Origin: Eledone cirrhosa
Lineage: Eukaryota
DNA: 64,000 bases
Reading direction: 5' to 3'
Assembly: GCA_964016885.1 (NCBI GenBank)
Contig: OZ024742.1
Span: 75,950,001-76,014,000 of the forward strand
The number at the start of each line of letters is the position of its first letter. Within the stretch, counting starts at the first letter, position 1. Under the pieces are notes generated by a model. It ran no database searches and was not told the DNA's origin. It worked only from the letters and a program-made list of their open reading frames with translations. Shown here one piece after another: positions 63,003-64,000 of the stretch. A program made the position numbers and the translations under genes.

Positions 63003-64000
63003 TCCCCCCTCTCTCTCTCTTTCTTTCTCTCTCTTGTGTTCTCGGACATCTCATTTAATCTCTTTCTCAACACAGCCTTGAAATGTTGAAATATCAGCAC
63101 TATCTTCACCAGCTTACAGCTTTCATTATAAAAAAAAAACATTTCTATAACCTAAAAAAAAATTGGATGGTGATGGCAGGTACTACTATGAACATAGATC
63201 TATTGATAAAATCCTATCTGGAAGTAAACTACAATAGAAACAACAACGCGTTATATAAAATGCTGCTTTATCTGACACATTATGATATTTTACCCAGTTA
63301 ATGAAAATCAATAGATAGCACGGAGGCTAGCATTGTTCTCTGGATATAAACTAAAACGACCAGTATAATAGATGTCTACCCCTTTGAAAATATTTAAGAG
63401 ACCACAAAGATTTCTCCATGCTTTGTAACAAGCACATCTATCTCCATGGTGATGGAAAGTAAATCAATCGTGATAAAGAGGAAATAATAATTCGCCCAGC
63501 TGCGACTTTCTACATTCGAGATTCATATGCCACAAAGGAAATACATATCCCGCTATGGGAACATATACACATGCAATTACACAAGATCATTAACAATATT
63601 CTTATACTAATCTTGCCATTTCATGTGTGTATGTATACATTTATATGAATATGAAAATATATTGTATATATATACATTCATACATACATACATACATACA
63701 TACATACATACATACATACATACATACATACATACATACAGACATACACACACATATATATATATATATATATCCTGAGAGAAAAGAGTATTCGATACAG
63801 AGTTTAAATACATATGCATACAAAGAATTATACATCAATTACTAATTTTGATCATTGAGTTTACACAGAGAGTTATGAGTTCGAAATTGGAATATCTGAG
63901 ATAAAAAGAAAATATACACTTACATTCAATAAATCTTTAACAATGGTGTCATATGTAAAATAAGGTGGGGGTAGATTGGGAAGTGTTGTCCCCCACCCAC

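Noticed and set aside
63083-63420. Possible exon or decayed transposase (SIDKILSGS..YNR)
   Set aside because: Frames are broken and the resemblance is too weak to name without a search.

Overview
Eukaryotic, AT-rich and microsatellite-dense DNA with no host gene I can support. The SINE and repeat content resembles octopod cephalopods (inference). The window is made up almost entirely of transposon remnants: at least eight Penelope-like element (PLE) coding remnants (GIY-YIG endonuclease and/or RT) plus many pseudo-LTR (pLTR) pieces, two R4/Dong-type non-LTR remnants, a decayed Rep-helicase Helitron and a non-autonomous Helitron, mariner/Tc1 remnants and MITEs, and about ten copies of one tRNA-derived SINE. 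The strongest signal is not in the ORF track. By eye I found more than 25 type I minimal hammerhead ribozyme (HHR) folds from over ten sequence families, usually with palindromic stem III. Three head-to-tail arrays carry one HHR per unit (about 467, 523 and 535 bp), which is the layout of retrozyme-like self-cleaving, circularisable RNA monomers. Several families carry non-canonical catalytic cores (A at position 4, U3-A8, CUGAGAA). All folds and coordinates were read by eye, boundaries are approximate, and no folding or database search was run.
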